A stretch of 64,000 bases of DNA from the human T2T-CHM13v2.0 reference genome, Homo sapiens. Below, one piece after another: positions 13,048 to 27,720 of the stretch (its first letter is position 1; the number at the start of each line of letters is the position of its first letter). The translations under genes were made by a program, and so were the position numbers. The stretch is from the NCBI RefSeq assembly GCF_009914755.1, contig NC_060927.1; one strand, written 5' to 3'. The notes below the pieces were generated by a model. It was not told where the DNA came from. It worked only from the letters and a program-made list of their open reading frames with translations, and made no database searches.

Positions 13048-13927
13048 CTTATTTCACTTAATGTAATATCCTCTGGTTCCATCCATGTTGTCCTTCATTC
13101 TGTTGATGTGATGTACCACGTTGATTGATTTGCATATGTTGAACCATCCTTGCATCCCAGAGATGAATCCCATTTGGTCATGATAAATGATCTTTTTAGT
13201 GTATTGTCGAATTCATTATGCTAGTATTTTGTTGAGGATTATTGTATAAATGCTTATCAGAGATATTGGCCTGCAGTTTTCTTTTGTTTTGATATGTTTT
13301 GTCTGGTTATGGTATCAGGGTAACACTGGCATTGTAGAATGAGTTTAGGAACATTATTTCCTCTTCTATTTTTCAAAACAGTTGGAGTAGGATTGGTATT
13401 AGCTCTTCTTTAAACATTTGGTAGAATTTAGCAGTGGAGCCAATGGGTCTTGTGCTTTTCTTTGCTGGAAGAGATTTCATTATGGCTTTGATCTCATTAC
13501 CTGTTATTGGTGTATTTAGGTTTTTTATTTCTTCATGGATAAATCTTGGTAGATTATATGTATCTTGGACTTCGTCCATTTCTTTTAGATTTTCTAATTT
13601 ATTCACATATAGTTGCTCATAGGTACCTCTACTAATCCTTTAAATTCCTGCTGTGTTGGTTATAAAGTCCTCTATTTCATCTTTGATTTTATTTGAGTCT
13701 TCTCTCTTTTTTCTTATTTTATTTAGTCTGCCTAAAGGTTTGTCAATTTTGTTTATTTTTTCAAATTTTGTTTATCTTTTCAAAACCCAACTTTTTGTTT
13801 CATTTATCTTTTGTATTTTTTTAATTTCAATTTAATGTATTTCTGCTCTAATCTGTTTTATTTCTTTTTTTTCCGATTTTGGGTTTGGTTGCTCTTGCTT
13901 TTCTAATTCTTTAAGATACATCATTAG
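13048..13927 (-). mobile_element. L1MA-like ORF2 fragment with internal deletion
   Basis: ORF 13373-13606 ([10 protein letters not shown]...TYNLPR...LPAKKS...[17 protein letters not shown]) matches L1 ORF2p upstream of RT; 13048-13092 is L1 ORF2-end sequence. Confidence 0.93.
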
Positions 13928-13982
13928 AAAGGGGCTGATATTTTATTCTATAGGCAATTGTTCTCATCAAAAATTATGAAGT

Positions 13983-14326
<344 letters not shown>

Positions 14327-15934
14327 AGATGAAGTAAGAATATGTTATCATGCAGAATTTCTCAATTGAAAGTAACCAAAATTCTTTGATTAAACTTTTG
14401 CTAAAATGAACAACAGAAAATATTGTCATTTTAGCCAAAGCATTTGTTGGTGGAAATTGTGGGACAACACTCACAGTAAAACTGCTCTAGCTGGAACCCT
14501 CCCTTTGTTTGAAAACCCTCCAATTGAGAAAACAACCTCCAACTATTTTCTTCTGTTTTTATGATGCTCCAAGATTCTAGGTCTTTGAGGGGAACATCTG
14601 ATGGTCCAACTACAAGCCTATCTCTATCTGAGTGGTTAGAAGAAGGTTCTGACCTCTCCTGCTATTGTACTACTGTAGATTTCCACAGTAGAAAGGCGAT
14701 ACACAAGGAAGCAGAGATAATTCTCCAAACACAAATAGGAGTGTGGCTAAGAAAAAAGGTCTCCAACATGCTAAAAACAATAATTTAGAGAACTAAAATC
14801 TTGTAGCACTGTGCAAGCGCCATTGGATTAGAAAGAACCCAGATAGAAACAACTATAGCCTTGTAGTAGCCCAGATATGTGGGGCTAACATTATGGACCT
14901 AAGGGTGTGTGTGGCCACAGAATCACTCACGGAGCTTCTGACTTCCATACATAGGTTTCTAGCTCTCCACGATTTCCTCTGTATTTGTCAGTGTCCTTAA
15001 TATTTGGTGTTTATAACTTATAGATGCCAACACCACAAACATAAAGAGGGAAGAAAGATAGAAGATACAGAATACTCAGTTGTAGAAGAAACGTGTGGTA
15101 AACTGGCCAATGTTAAGTAATTTGTTTGGATGAGGGCTGGTACATTGCCCCCCTCCCCCTTTTATTTTTCCTGTGGAAGAACTTTAGCAATCCTGAAATC
15201 CTTATTCCTCTTTTTACTGTACACGTAATAAATCCAATTTCATTAGTTTTAAAACTGCTAATAAAAGATAAATGGTTAGCTTTAATAGGCACCACTATTA
15301 GTAACACAGAACAGAGAGGACCATTGGTGTTTTGTTCATGCCACCTAATTGAAAAAATATGAGAAAAAAGAGGAAGATTTATTAGCCGCTTCTAAATCCT
15401 CAAGAAGGAAGGACATCTTTTCTACATAAATCTAAAAATATTCTCTTAAGGAGAATTAAAAGTACTATTCAGTGCAAATTTGTGGCTGGCAGCTAGCTGA
15501 AGCAGAAGTTGTCTATTTGCTGCAGCTGATGCCGATCAGACTCCAAGGCGCAGTATGTACCAGCTGAAGTCTGTCAACAGGGAGACCAGCATAAGGGCAA
15601 TCTGATAGTCAAAACAGGATAAAACCACAGTCTAAACAAGATGACATGAGCATTTGTGCAATTAACAGCATCAGCAAGGGGAAAGTTGTGTTTGGAACAT
15701 TCCACTAGAAATCCATAAAAGGCAGGTTGCTTATTTTGCCACAATCGTGTTGTTATATGTGGCTAAATAGAATCAATGACACGATGGAAAACACTGCATA
15801 GACAATAGAGAAGGATCGAGAAAAAGCTGATGACAGAGTCATAAGATTGAAAACATTATTACGGCTGTTGCTGTTGTAAGTGGAGCACACCCCAAATTCA
15901 ATATTCACTTACATCCTCATTCATGACTGCAGTC

Positions 15935-16640
15935 AGGGTATTGGCTGCTAACTGTGAGCCAGGCACTGTGCTGACTTTTCAATAATTATTATTTGGTTGA
16001 ATTTTTAAAACAAGTGTTCCTTGTCCACATTATTAGTCCTGTGTCACAGATGACAAAGACACTGGGAACGGTTTTCAGCACCACTGTAGTGGAAAGACCA
16101 AGAACTGTGAGTGTAGACAAATCTAAACTGGACTACCAGTTCTGCTGCTTATAAACCCTAGAGACTTTAGGTAAACAACATACATTTGCTGGATTTGATT
16201 GTCCTTATATGAAGTATAAGCTTCAGACATGTATGATTTAATGAGATTAGTTATTGCTTTTCACACAATGCTTGACATGAAGTAGGTCTTCTATAAATGC
16301 GAGAACCGATATTGTTATTGCTGTTATGAGTTAAATCATGAAACGTGGTTTATAAATATTTTTTTATTTATGTAATTTTCACAGCAGCTCAGATTATTAA
16401 GAGTACTAATATTTTAAGATAGAAATTTTAGGTTACTAACCAGGGGCAGACACAGTGCTAAGGACTTTCCATACATTATGGAATTCATTATTATATTCAT
16501 TTCATTATCCCAGCTTGACATGAATGAGTTATTATTCCTGCTTTTCTATTCAAGAAGCAGAGGCTCATGGCAGTTTTGATCACACAAGTAGTTATTTTAT
16601 TACAAGCCTTCTCATTTTCAAATCTGATGCTCATGCCACT
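15935..16640. mobile_element. Cluster of three MIR fragments (-, +, -)
   Basis: tgtgagccaggcactgtgct (15953), tgtagtggaaag...cacaatgcttgacatgaagtagg (16085-16300), cagacacagtgctaaggacttt (16447). Confidence 0.55.
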
Positions 16641-17297
16641 ATTTCAACCTTTTCACTGATTTTAAAATAACAAAAACAAATGTTGTTTGTTAATAATCTA
16701 CAAAGCAAAAGGTGAGGGAGTCTTTATCCCATTTCCACTTGAGCTTTATAGAAGTACCTTATAATTGTGTTTATTTTTAAATGCCATCAATCACAGCATT
16801 GGCTCACAATTTTGTCCCTAATGATGTTTTGTTATATAATTTATATTAGATTATTAATATAAATATATTATAACAAATATATTTATTTGCTAAATGTAAT
16901 ATCATAAATCATATGAAAATAAATAATTAAATATATGTATCTGATGCTGTTCAAACTCTGCTTCCAGAAGAAGGGTTGAGAGGGATCATATGACTCAAAA
17001 TAGAATATTAGTGCATCAATTACATTGTTGGTATAGTAAATATTTTATGAGTATTAATGAGAAATTTAAAGAATTACTATCTGTTGACAGGAATATAGGG
17101 CACTGGTCTGTGTGGCTGGTGACATTTTCCTGAGCTCAGTTTTCTTTACCTACTTATAGAAGAAGACATAATAATAATTCCTGCTGCATTATATTATCTT
17201 CTTCTTGAGTTATTTAGATTTGCATGATTTTTACATCAAAACTTTGGTAGTACTTTCAAGATTTGATGGACTATCCCTTCTCAGTGTCTTCTAGGAC

Positions 17298-17453
17298 CTT
17301 GTTGCTACTCAGAGTAGAATGGATATCACCTGGTGGCTTAATAGAAATGCAGAATCTGGGGTCGCTCACCAGAATTGCAGAATTCAATTCTGCATTTTTA
17401 CAAGATCCCCAGGTGATTTGTCTATATGTTAATGTTTTATAAGTCCTGTTCTA
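17298..17453. mobile_element. MER5A (hAT-Charlie)
   Basis: atcacctgg..gcttaatagaaatgcagaatct...ctgcatttttacaagatccccaggtgatt. Confidence 0.85.
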
Positions 17454-19299
17454 AAAACGACCAGGTACAAAAGTTATGATTTTGCTGGACACAACTCTCA
17501 TGTCTCGTGAAAATAAAAGAAGATTTAGGTTACCCTGATCTTCTTGTAGCAAGAGGAGCTAAATTGCAGCAGAAAAGTTTAAAAAGCTGATATCCTTTTA
17601 GGTGCAGAAAATAAGGTGGGATTTTTTAATCATATCATTATTACATATTTGAGTTCTAAATTTAATGTGTTTAGGTTATTTTAGTGAATTAAGTGATATA
17701 AATCTCCCTAGAAGCGTTCCGGTTCTTTGTTGCTAAGGGACGTTGGCATCTGTTTTTTATGCTTGTTTGTTTCCCCAACACTTACATATTTGAATAAATA
17801 GCATATTTATTTGGGGTTAAAATGCTTCATGCAACGTCATTTGCAATTGAGTAAATATGAGTTGGTTTTGATGCAACTGGTACAAATAATAGAATACTCT
17901 ATTGGGAATAAAATATGGTTTTGCAATCTTCCTGAACAGATTTCACATTACCAAGCAATCTTAACATAAATTCTCCTGGATCAGTGAGAATTTCATGCCA
18001 ACAAATTAGAATATATAGAAAGATCTATGTATGTAGTAAGCCACATATGCAAATTAAACTACTTCATCAGGAGAAATGGTTTCTCACTTCAAGGCTGTAG
18101 GTTTCAGATCATGGAGCAGTAAGTGAAAACCGTGAATAGTATTTCAAAAAAAATGCTTAAATTATCTATTGTAACATTGTGTACTTGAGCCTCTATATTT
18201 ACTTCAGTGATTTTTCTCTCCAAGCCTCACTTATACACTGGCCCATCAAAGCTTAATTCCATAAATGTTGTGTTCAAAATCCAATTTAAGGGTTCTCTTT
18301 AAATATATTTTATAATTTAAAAGTTGTAGTGTCCAGGAAAGCAGAAGTTGCCATAGATTTATATAGGATTCTATTTTGCTATGATAACACTCAATCTAGA
18401 GGTTTGCCTTTTCTGTTCCTCCTTGTACCTAAGACTGAAGAAAGAATAAAAACCTAGGTCTTTATAAAATTGCAAAATAAAGATGCATTTACTACATATG
18501 AAAAATCAACAAAGTAGTAGTGACTTTAGATGAGTATAAAGCAAAGTGAGGACTGTTGTATAGCAAATTTTTAAATAATTTTAAAAAGAACCTACTAAGT
18601 CAGGAAGGTCCTCTGAGAGATTTTTTAGATAATACTCTAAACTATTTTCAGCCTGGGCCTTATCTGCATATTCTCTGCTGATCAAAATGCAGTTGTGGTC
18701 ATCATTTTGAAACGTAAAAGAATCAAAGATTTTACAACCTACTAGAATCTAATAACCTTGGCTAAAACAAAAGTTAAATCGCCAAATACCGTGGTTAAAA
18801 AGGATAACTTTTATAAAGCAATTTTTAAATACTTCCCATTTGTATTTTAGAAATTGTCTCGTCAATTTTTGGTTAAGAAACAAAAAAAATTCAGATGCAA
18901 TTTAGTATCTTCTAACAGAGAATGTTATCTGAGACGTTTAAATTGTAAATCCTTCACAAATTATGAAAGGAGAATAAAATATCTGTGATTTGAAAGACTG
19001 TTCTTACCTTTCTAAAAAATATTTTTGACAACCATCATTAGTATAGTGATCTAAAATTCACTATATATTTTTATATAAACAATCCCAATTATTTGTATTT
19101 AATCGAACTGGGGATCTTTATCTTTCCAATGTGACAGAGATATAGAAGGACTTACCCCAAGATCTCGAAGTTGCAAAGCATGGAATGTGTATTGAATTTC
19201 AGGTCTCCTGTTCCAAATCCTTTGTCTACACCACCATACTGTAATCTCCTAATTCAAGTCTCTTACTCCCTTTAAGCCTGCCAATACATTGTGTATCCA

Positions 19300-19855
19300 T
19301 AATTGATTTTTCACCCCTTTCTCTGCAGTGCTTTATACTTTCTTCAATCATGCTTACACATAGACAACATTTCTCTACTTTCATACTTTCTTTTTTAAAA
19401 AATCAACATGGTAACCTTCATTTATCCCTCTTGAATTTCATCATAATTCTGACAACTTGTGAAAGTTCCTAAGGTTATATTATATTCTCATTCTTTTCCT
19501 CTGAAGTTCTGGAGATGTCATTCTCCACAACTTATCTGCAAAATTAATGATCATGTTCCCAATTCAATCATCAAAGTCACTGATTAAAATGCTCAACAAT
19601 GGGTCTGGAACCAACCACTGTGGAACATTACTTATGTCACCTGAACTTGGCAATGGCCCATCAAATACAACTCATTCAATAATACTGTAGCTCTGTGCTT
19701 TAACCTAATGGTGGTTGAAACAAGACAATATATCCCAATTTATTGATGACAGTTGGCATGCAGTACAGAACCCAAACCTTTATGAAATAAAACTGTATTG
19801 GACATATCACTTTTTCCTTGATTTGTCATGTCTGTCATTCTGTCATAGATGACAT
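19300..19855 (-). mobile_element. L3/CR1 LINE reverse-transcriptase fossil
   Basis: Minus-strand 19629-19531 translates NVPQWLVPDPLLSILISDFDD*IGNMIINFADK, matching the CR1 motif [21 protein letters not shown]...KFADD; MKFKRDK at 19441; VINKLG upstream. Confidence 0.85.
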
Positions 19856-21930
19856 TTATCATAAGGATATATATTCCTTGTTAGTAATTAACAAAGCAGT
19901 TATTCCTTTGTACTGGTAATTAACAGAATAGTTATTAATCTTCTTTGCACATAAACTAGTATTGAAAGAAACGCTTTACCTAGATTGCTTGTAGCGTGTT
20001 GCAATGAATATGATATTTGGCCCAAATTTTACTTCAAAGGTATTCCTACCATTGGTACTAATTGAATTAAGTTCATAATGTGCATATGAGAAACATCTTA
20101 ACATATTTAAGAAACCTGAAAACCTGAAAGATGAATCGATTTTTTGTTTTCTTACTTTAGTATCTCTGAATGACTATTTGAAGAATCAATACTTCAAATT
20201 ACTATTAACACTGATGGGTACATTGTTATTCTAATTACTCGATAACGTTGTCTGGGCTAGAAGTGGTTTTTAAAAGACTTTTCTTCTTTTATTTTTACCG
20301 ATTTACTGGCTCTTCAGAGATTAAATAAGCTAAAATAACCTATGTGCTTAAACTCACAAACTATTTAGTTTCTTATTTTTTTCCAATCATTTTAACTTAG
20401 AAGTTTAAAGTTGTATACATTTTCACTTATCAGCAAAGCAGCCGACTAAGATAGTAAATCTATATTATACACTCAGTGATCACTGTAGTCTGCTTTTTGA
20501 CCAATACTGGTCTGTAGCTATAATTCAGTTCAGAGTCTGGCTAACCTTGTGATTCACATCTTTCCTGGAACTTAATTAGATAATTGAACAACAATCAACT
20601 TATTCACTCTCAGTGGTCCCTCAAGAAGGAAATGTCAATAATAATTCTCTTTTACAGAAGCAAATTTAGGCTTGATTTAAAACCACTGGTCTACTTTGTT
20701 AAACATGTCAAACACCCAGTGCCTACGTGGTTAATTTGCTACTGTCCAAGAGTTTTATTTTTCTTTCTTTTCTCATGTATCAACCTTTTGATTAGAAGGT
20801 GAGGTGGCATAGCACATACACTGTTCCTGTTAGATTTTCAGAAGTAGGAAAAAAGTGAACATTAAAAATAATCAATTTAAACACTATTCATCATGGTTTG
20901 AAGGGCATGGGGCAGTGCTGATCTTAGACCAGCTGTGAGGATGGGTTTAATGAGGCCAGCTGGAAATGGTTTACCTTGTCTCTAGGTTATTTTGCTCATG
21001 TTGCTCCTTATGGAACTACACGTTATCAGCACCCAGGAATTATCAAGCTAAGTGAAATGTATGTACAAGAGATTAATGGATAAATCACAGTGGCAGACTA
21101 TTGAGAGAGAACTGGTAAGAACACCACATACTTGTATTTGGAGAGTGATACTTTTCTCTATAGAAAAATCATGCTTAAAATAAAAAATCTTGTAAGAAAC
21201 CTAGTAGTGAACATAAAGAAGGAAGCCAGGAATTTAGATAATCTAAAAAGTCCTTGTCAGCTAAGAGAGCTATAGACACCCTATCGCCTTTCCCACTGCA
21301 CCTGGATAATCTCAACTCGGCATTGCTGAAAGGTGGTATTCCCCTTTCTCAGTATATTTTTCTTGCTATCTTCTTTTGATGACTTTTTTTAAGAAGAGAT
21401 AATAAAATTATCTGTCCAGCCTGTGGCAAAGCTTTTTCTAATACATGGTATCATTATGGTGTAATAACAAATTTTTTTATTTCTTAGCAAGAATTGTAAT
21501 TTATTCTGACATTATATCCTTTTTTCTTACTGTTTTAATATTAAATATTCCTTTACTAATGACATTAAGAAGAGATGACGAGATATATTTATAATTATTT
21601 CATTGATAAAAATTAAAAACCTTTGGGTGATCCTGGAATTAAAGAAAAAAATGTTTAATTGCAATAAAAAATCTCAGTCTGGAAACTACCAGTTTATGTC
21701 ATTACTTTCTCATGCTGTAGAACCAGTCATCGTGTAGAAAAAAACACCTCATCTCTTTCATCCCTTTTTGTTCTAAGAACAATTGTTTCATCTGATTCAT
21801 CTTTTTTGTTCCAGAAACAATTGAGTCACCTAATTTTGGTATATTGCATAGGTGAAGTACTTCTCCAAATAAATCTTATATTGAATTAAATTACTTATGA
21901 GTTCTGGGATGTCTCATAGCCTTGGCTATT

Positions 21931-22150
21931 CAGTGGCATACTGGCGAAGGATGCTGCTAAATATCTAACAACAGGGTAGGGGGTTGGCCAACTTGATTTG
22001 TAGCATTGTAACATGATTTTTGTGATTTCAATACTTCTAGGATGATGGACTTCAAGCTACCAGCGTGAAGTCTTTTCCCATAGTTAGGAAGAGATATGCA
22101 CACTTGGCTGAGAAAGCACAGCTGGTACAAGTTTCAGAAACCCACCGCTA
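21931..22150. mobile_element. MER63-like hAT element
   Basis: cagtggcatactgg...ttgatttgtagcatt...ttcaagctaccagcgtg...ttaggaagagat...caccgct. Confidence 0.7.
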
Positions 22151-22174
22151 CCTCTGGATCTCTCTCTGTCAATT

Positions 22175-22526
22175 TATCTTAGTCTGTTTAAGCTGCCATA
22201 ACAAAATACCATAAAATGGACAGTTTATAATTAACATAAAGTACTGCTTACAGCTCTGGAGGTGGGGTAAGATCAAGATGCTGGCAGACCCTGTGTCTTG
22301 TGAGGACCCACGTCCTGATGTCACCTCCTTGCTGTGTCTTCACATGGGGAGAGGGAGAAAGAGAGTCTCTAAGGCCTTTTTATAAGGGCACTGATCCCAT
22401 TTATGAGGGCTCCACTCTCATGGTCTGTTCATTTCCCAAAGATCGTACCTCCCTAATAGACTAACATTGGTGGTTAAATTTCAACATACGAATATTGGGG
22501 GAGACACAAACATTCTGTCCATAGCA
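22175..22526 (-). mobile_element. MLT1A-type MaLR solo LTR
   Basis: tatcttagtc...gctgccataacaaaatacc...ccatagca; 5-bp TSD caatt at 22170-22174 and 22527-22531. Confidence 0.9.
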
Positions 22527-23509
22527 CAATTATAGTTTTTATTAGAAGCATGCTATGTACTTAAGAAAAATTCGCATTTGGCAACAATGGATTGATAAGG
22601 GACTTAAAAGAATGAAAATAATTCAATACAAATAAAATAAAGAAAAGTTATAAAAAGTTTTTTAGTTGTTACATCAAATAACATTTTTGCCCAAGTGTCA
22701 CCCCATCTGTTTCCTAACTGGCTCTGCACCTAAGGCAGTAGAATTTTGAAAAAGATATTTACTGTTTTATTACGTTCTGGTTAGTAAAATTATACTATAA
22801 TGTAGATAGTAAATATGCTCTGAAGACATTAATTTCCCACCAGGAAAATAACTTGGAAATCTGTTGTATAGTCAAGGAAACAGCTTTTCTTAGGCATCAT
22901 CTCTAATACACTTAGGGGGTATTCAGTAAATATATAGTGGATCATGAAAGCATGTGTCTTAGAATCTCATATTTGGAAAAAGTTTGGGAGAGACATGTTA
23001 TATTTTCCTTTGCAGATCTATGTGTTATCCTAAACTCTGATTCCCTTTCATGACCCCATTTGCATTGCATGCTTCAGAACACTATTAATTTTGCAGCTAA
23101 CTTGAAGTACATAGATGCCTAAGAGAAACAAAAGTCCTTAGACTCCTATCCTCAGATTTCAAAACCAAAAATGATTCCAACATAAGCTATCTCCCAAATT
23201 ATAAATAGTAATACATTAAATTATAAATGCTAATTTTAAAATATCATAACGTATACATCATTTTTAAAGAATGCTTGTAAAAATCTATTTCTGTTTTGAC
23301 ATGGCATAATTATGGTAACAAGTAGTTCATGCAGCATAGTATTATAGTGAGAGTGATGAATTAATGTATGAACATTATTAGAAGCAGGTAGTGGGCACTC
23401 TATTTATTGGTAAGAGTTGTAGGAGCAGTATAATACAAAAATATTATGTTTTTCCTTACTCTGCCATCTTGACAAGATTAAACTATGGCAATAATTTAGA
23501 AATCACTTA

Positions 23510-23832
<323 letters not shown>

Positions 23833-24009
23833 AGTTTTCTCTATCTTCATCAGCTCTTAGTGGATTAAGATTTTATGACTAAAAAAAAAATTAAAATAGC
23901 TACACTTCATCTTCTCTCTTAGACTATGTAACTTTCTTCCATTATATATATTCAATAAAACATATATTAATTAAGCAGTGATTATAGCTTAACCCTGCGC
24001 TGAGTACTT

Positions 24010-24385
24010 ACAACAGAAGCTAGGAATGCTCCATCAGTATCCCGTGACCTTACCTCGTCTTTGGCCTCTGCTGACTTTCTTCTTCCAGGGAGCTTTGACC
24101 GATGGAAGCGGATAAATAAATACTCCAGCTCCCTCACTTGAAACATTCTCCCAGTCTTCCAAACTGAGATATCTCTGAAGTATGCATTTCAAACTGTATC
24201 TAAGTATTTTCCTCATGGGAATAAGTTCTAGTGCCCACAGTACGGGGCTCGATGATGCTCTTTTTTGCTCCTTAGTCTTTCCTGTATAATTCTCCTACCA
24301 ATGATCTCCACACTTCCCAAAGACACCAGCTGTATTTGAATCCTGGCCTCTGGATCTGCTTTCAAGCAGTGACACACCAAGGCAC
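24010..24385 (+). mobile_element. LTR33-like ERVL LTR
   Basis: gataaataaatactccagctccct...agtgcccacag...aatcctggcctctggatctgcttt resembles the LTR33 3' half. Confidence 0.55.
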
Positions 24386-24814
24386 TAGAATAGGCTTTTA
24401 ATCTTAATAAGAGAATAGCAAGCAGAAATTAGGGGAAAAATCTTGAGAACTGCCCATTCAATTTTAGGATATTATGGCAAAAATACTTCCCTGAGAATAA
24501 AGGCACCTAAGCTCTGGTCCTTCTTTCTTTACAAAGTGTCTCTGCAACAAGAACACTTGCCTTCCCTGAACACAGTTTCTTGTTTGTAAAATAAGAGTTT
24601 CATCTCCAGAGTCCCTTCCAAAGCTAACTTAATATTTCTAAGGCTATAAATGCCTGGAATGTTTGCTTCTGTAAGTGATTTGTAATAATTTCCAAGATGA
24701 AAGTTTGACTATAGTAGCTATTTCTTAAGAACCTGAGAAGTTTTGTGCATGTAACTCATTCATTTATTCCACAAAATTGGCTAAATATCTGGTCTGCATA
24801 CAGCCCTGTAGATC

Positions 24815-25025
24815 TACATTGTCCAATAGGTAGCCAACTAGCCCCGTGTAGCTAACTTTGAATTCTAATCAATTAAAATCAAATAAAATTAAAAATTCAA
24901 TTGTTAACCTCACTGCCACATTTCAAGTGCTCAATAACCACATGTATCTGGTGGCTACTGTATTGGACAGAACAATTAGAACATATTCCCATCATTGTAG
25001 AGAATGCTATAGGATAGCACTGCTC
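24815..25025. mobile_element. MER3 (hAT-Charlie)
   Basis: tgtccaataggtagcca...gccacatttcaagtgctcaataaccacatgt...gtggctactgtattggacag. Confidence 0.85.
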
Positions 25026-25104
25026 TGGATGATGTTAAATACTAAATCAGACAACTTGCCTTTAAGAAACAACACCTAAATATTTCAGTAAAATATTAAC
25101 ATGT

Positions 25105-25412
<308 letters not shown>

Positions 25413-27129
25413 AAAATATTAACATGTGCTTGAATATAGTTAATATTAAGTGAATATTTCAACAGTATGCATTAAAGTCATTGAGATGTAAATTTTCAGT
25501 GAAGACTTCCTCATAGACAGGGAATCTGAAGGTTAGAAGAATTGGCTGCTGCAGGCATTATAAGACAGGAATAGAGGCAGGTCAGGGAAGTTGTTTGCAG
25601 AACATTCATTAGGCTTAATAGAAGGAGAGAAAGAAAAACTACAGAGTAAAAGCATAAAAAAGACAGTCACCCATGGTTTCCAGGATCCCTTAAAAAGAAA
25701 ACCTGAGTTATCATCTCCAGCTATACAATCAAATGAGTCAGTAAAACCGTTATTGATAATGAGCAAGGATCTCCCTTTGTCCCTGCAACGCGACACATTG
25801 GGAAACTTTTTTTACACCTATCAGTTGCCTTCTTCCCTTTAAAAACTGGAGAAAAGCATTTTAGTGAATGTTTTGACATGCAACATACTTGTTACAGATT
25901 ATTCTTCTGCATCATACCTTCTGAATATGGACTTTAGAGCTTGGCATATTTGCTTCTATTAATTAAAGGGAGAGTATATTTGTTCCCCAGATATTAAATA
26001 AAGTACTGAATCAAAGACCCTGAGCAATTTAAACCTAATTCCTGACCTTTTAATAACAGAGGCTCTAAAACTACTTTCATCTACCAAGGATCTCAGTATG
26101 TTCTAGCCGTGTGGTAATTATGTTGATTTGCCTGAAGAAGTGTTCTTGAGATCATGATGTCATCTCAAGGGTAATGGATGCTTCAGAGTTGTTGAATATT
26201 TAATTTGTCAGAAGAGGTCAAAGGAAAGAGATGTTATGCTACTTTTCAAGTATTTTAAGAGAGAGAAAATTAGAAGCTCAAACAAGCCCTTAAAAATAAC
26301 TGATGGAAACTTCCAAATATAATACCCCCAATCTGAAATAATGGCAATATTGTGTTAAGAGTAACATATGTATGGGATGATTAAATATATTTCATTATTT
26401 TGTAGTTATTACAAAACTTACATTGGTAGATGCATCTTTCATGCATTCTGCCTATTTGCTTGGCAGTTGGTGGTACATTCACTGTTATATATATGTCGTG
26501 ATAGTTGTAAATATAATACTAAAAAATCTATATCTGCATACATAAAAGCATTAGCAGGCGTCCCTTAAGAAAATATACATAATTGCTTTTAAACAACTTA
26601 GTTATTAAGGGATTGTGTACATTCAAAAAGATGATATCTTAGTGACTAATCTTTTAGAGGACACAGTTTATTTTGGATTGGATGTATGTTGTGATTTACA
26701 TTTTAAAATAGTATCAGACCTCCTCATACATCTGAAAATTACATACAAGTAATTTTTTTCTAAAGCACATACTTTCCATATTGTTACTATTTAACTCTTG
26801 GAATATAATAGACATTTCTTAATATTTAGTTTCTTATTTCCCCATAGCTAATGTTTTTAAAAAATATTTCCAGTAATGATAAAAATGCGCCATGATACAA
26901 AGTAACTAAAAAATAGTTGGTAAGATTGCCACTTGGGACTCTAAATGTATTACTTTTCCAAGAGTTACTCAGCCTTAGAAAGTAATCACAAATTTCAATC
27001 TAACACATGGATTTATTCTAAGACTTGTTCTAAGTAATGACTAGAGTCTTTCTGTGTATATGGTTTGAGGTGGAGAGTGAACAATACTTAGTTTCTACAT
27101 TTATGTCATTATATGCTAACATAAAGGAA

Positions 27130-27350
27130 CCACGGTTTGGATCCATGGATAGCCTTAGAGTCAATGTGATAAGTAAGTTTCCTAAATTTACTGCAAATTT
27201 GTAGGTGTTTTCATGTATGCACTTTTGGGTGGAGATAACCTATTATGTTTATCAAATATAAAAAGTGTGGCATTGGCCTGCAATTTTAAAATATAGATGA
27301 AGTGTAGGCAATTTGATAAAACCCCCAAATAATCAAAGACCACCAGAAGA
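27130..27350. mobile_element. Old hAT MER (MER103-like)
   Basis: ggatccatggatagcctt...cctaaatttactgcaaatttgt...tgcacttttgggtggaga. Confidence 0.45.
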
Positions 27351-27479
27351 GCAGTCTCTAACTGTGTCTAGTGCATCAACATTTTAATCTTTAAATATTG
27401 TCGTTTGTTCTCTCTCAGTATAAACTCAGACTTTTCATAATGTGGAGTGCCTTTGGAACTGAATTATTTGTGATTAAAA

Positions 27480-27666
27480 TTTTATTTTTTGTGTTTATTA
27501 TCTGGTAGCTTCACATGATACAATATCTATAAAAATGCAAAACAATTTAGAATAAAAAGTGTGCTGTATATTCACCCAAGGCCCCTAACAGAGGAAATCA
27601 TTGCTTTGAGTCTCTTTGCAGTCTTCTGGAAAAATGCATAGATAAATGGACAGCCAAAAGCATAGA

Positions 27667-27720
<54 letters not shown>

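Noticed and set aside
13373-13606. 77-aa ORF with real protein similarity
   Set aside because: Decayed piece of L1 ORF2p flanked by stops and frameshifts, not a host gene.
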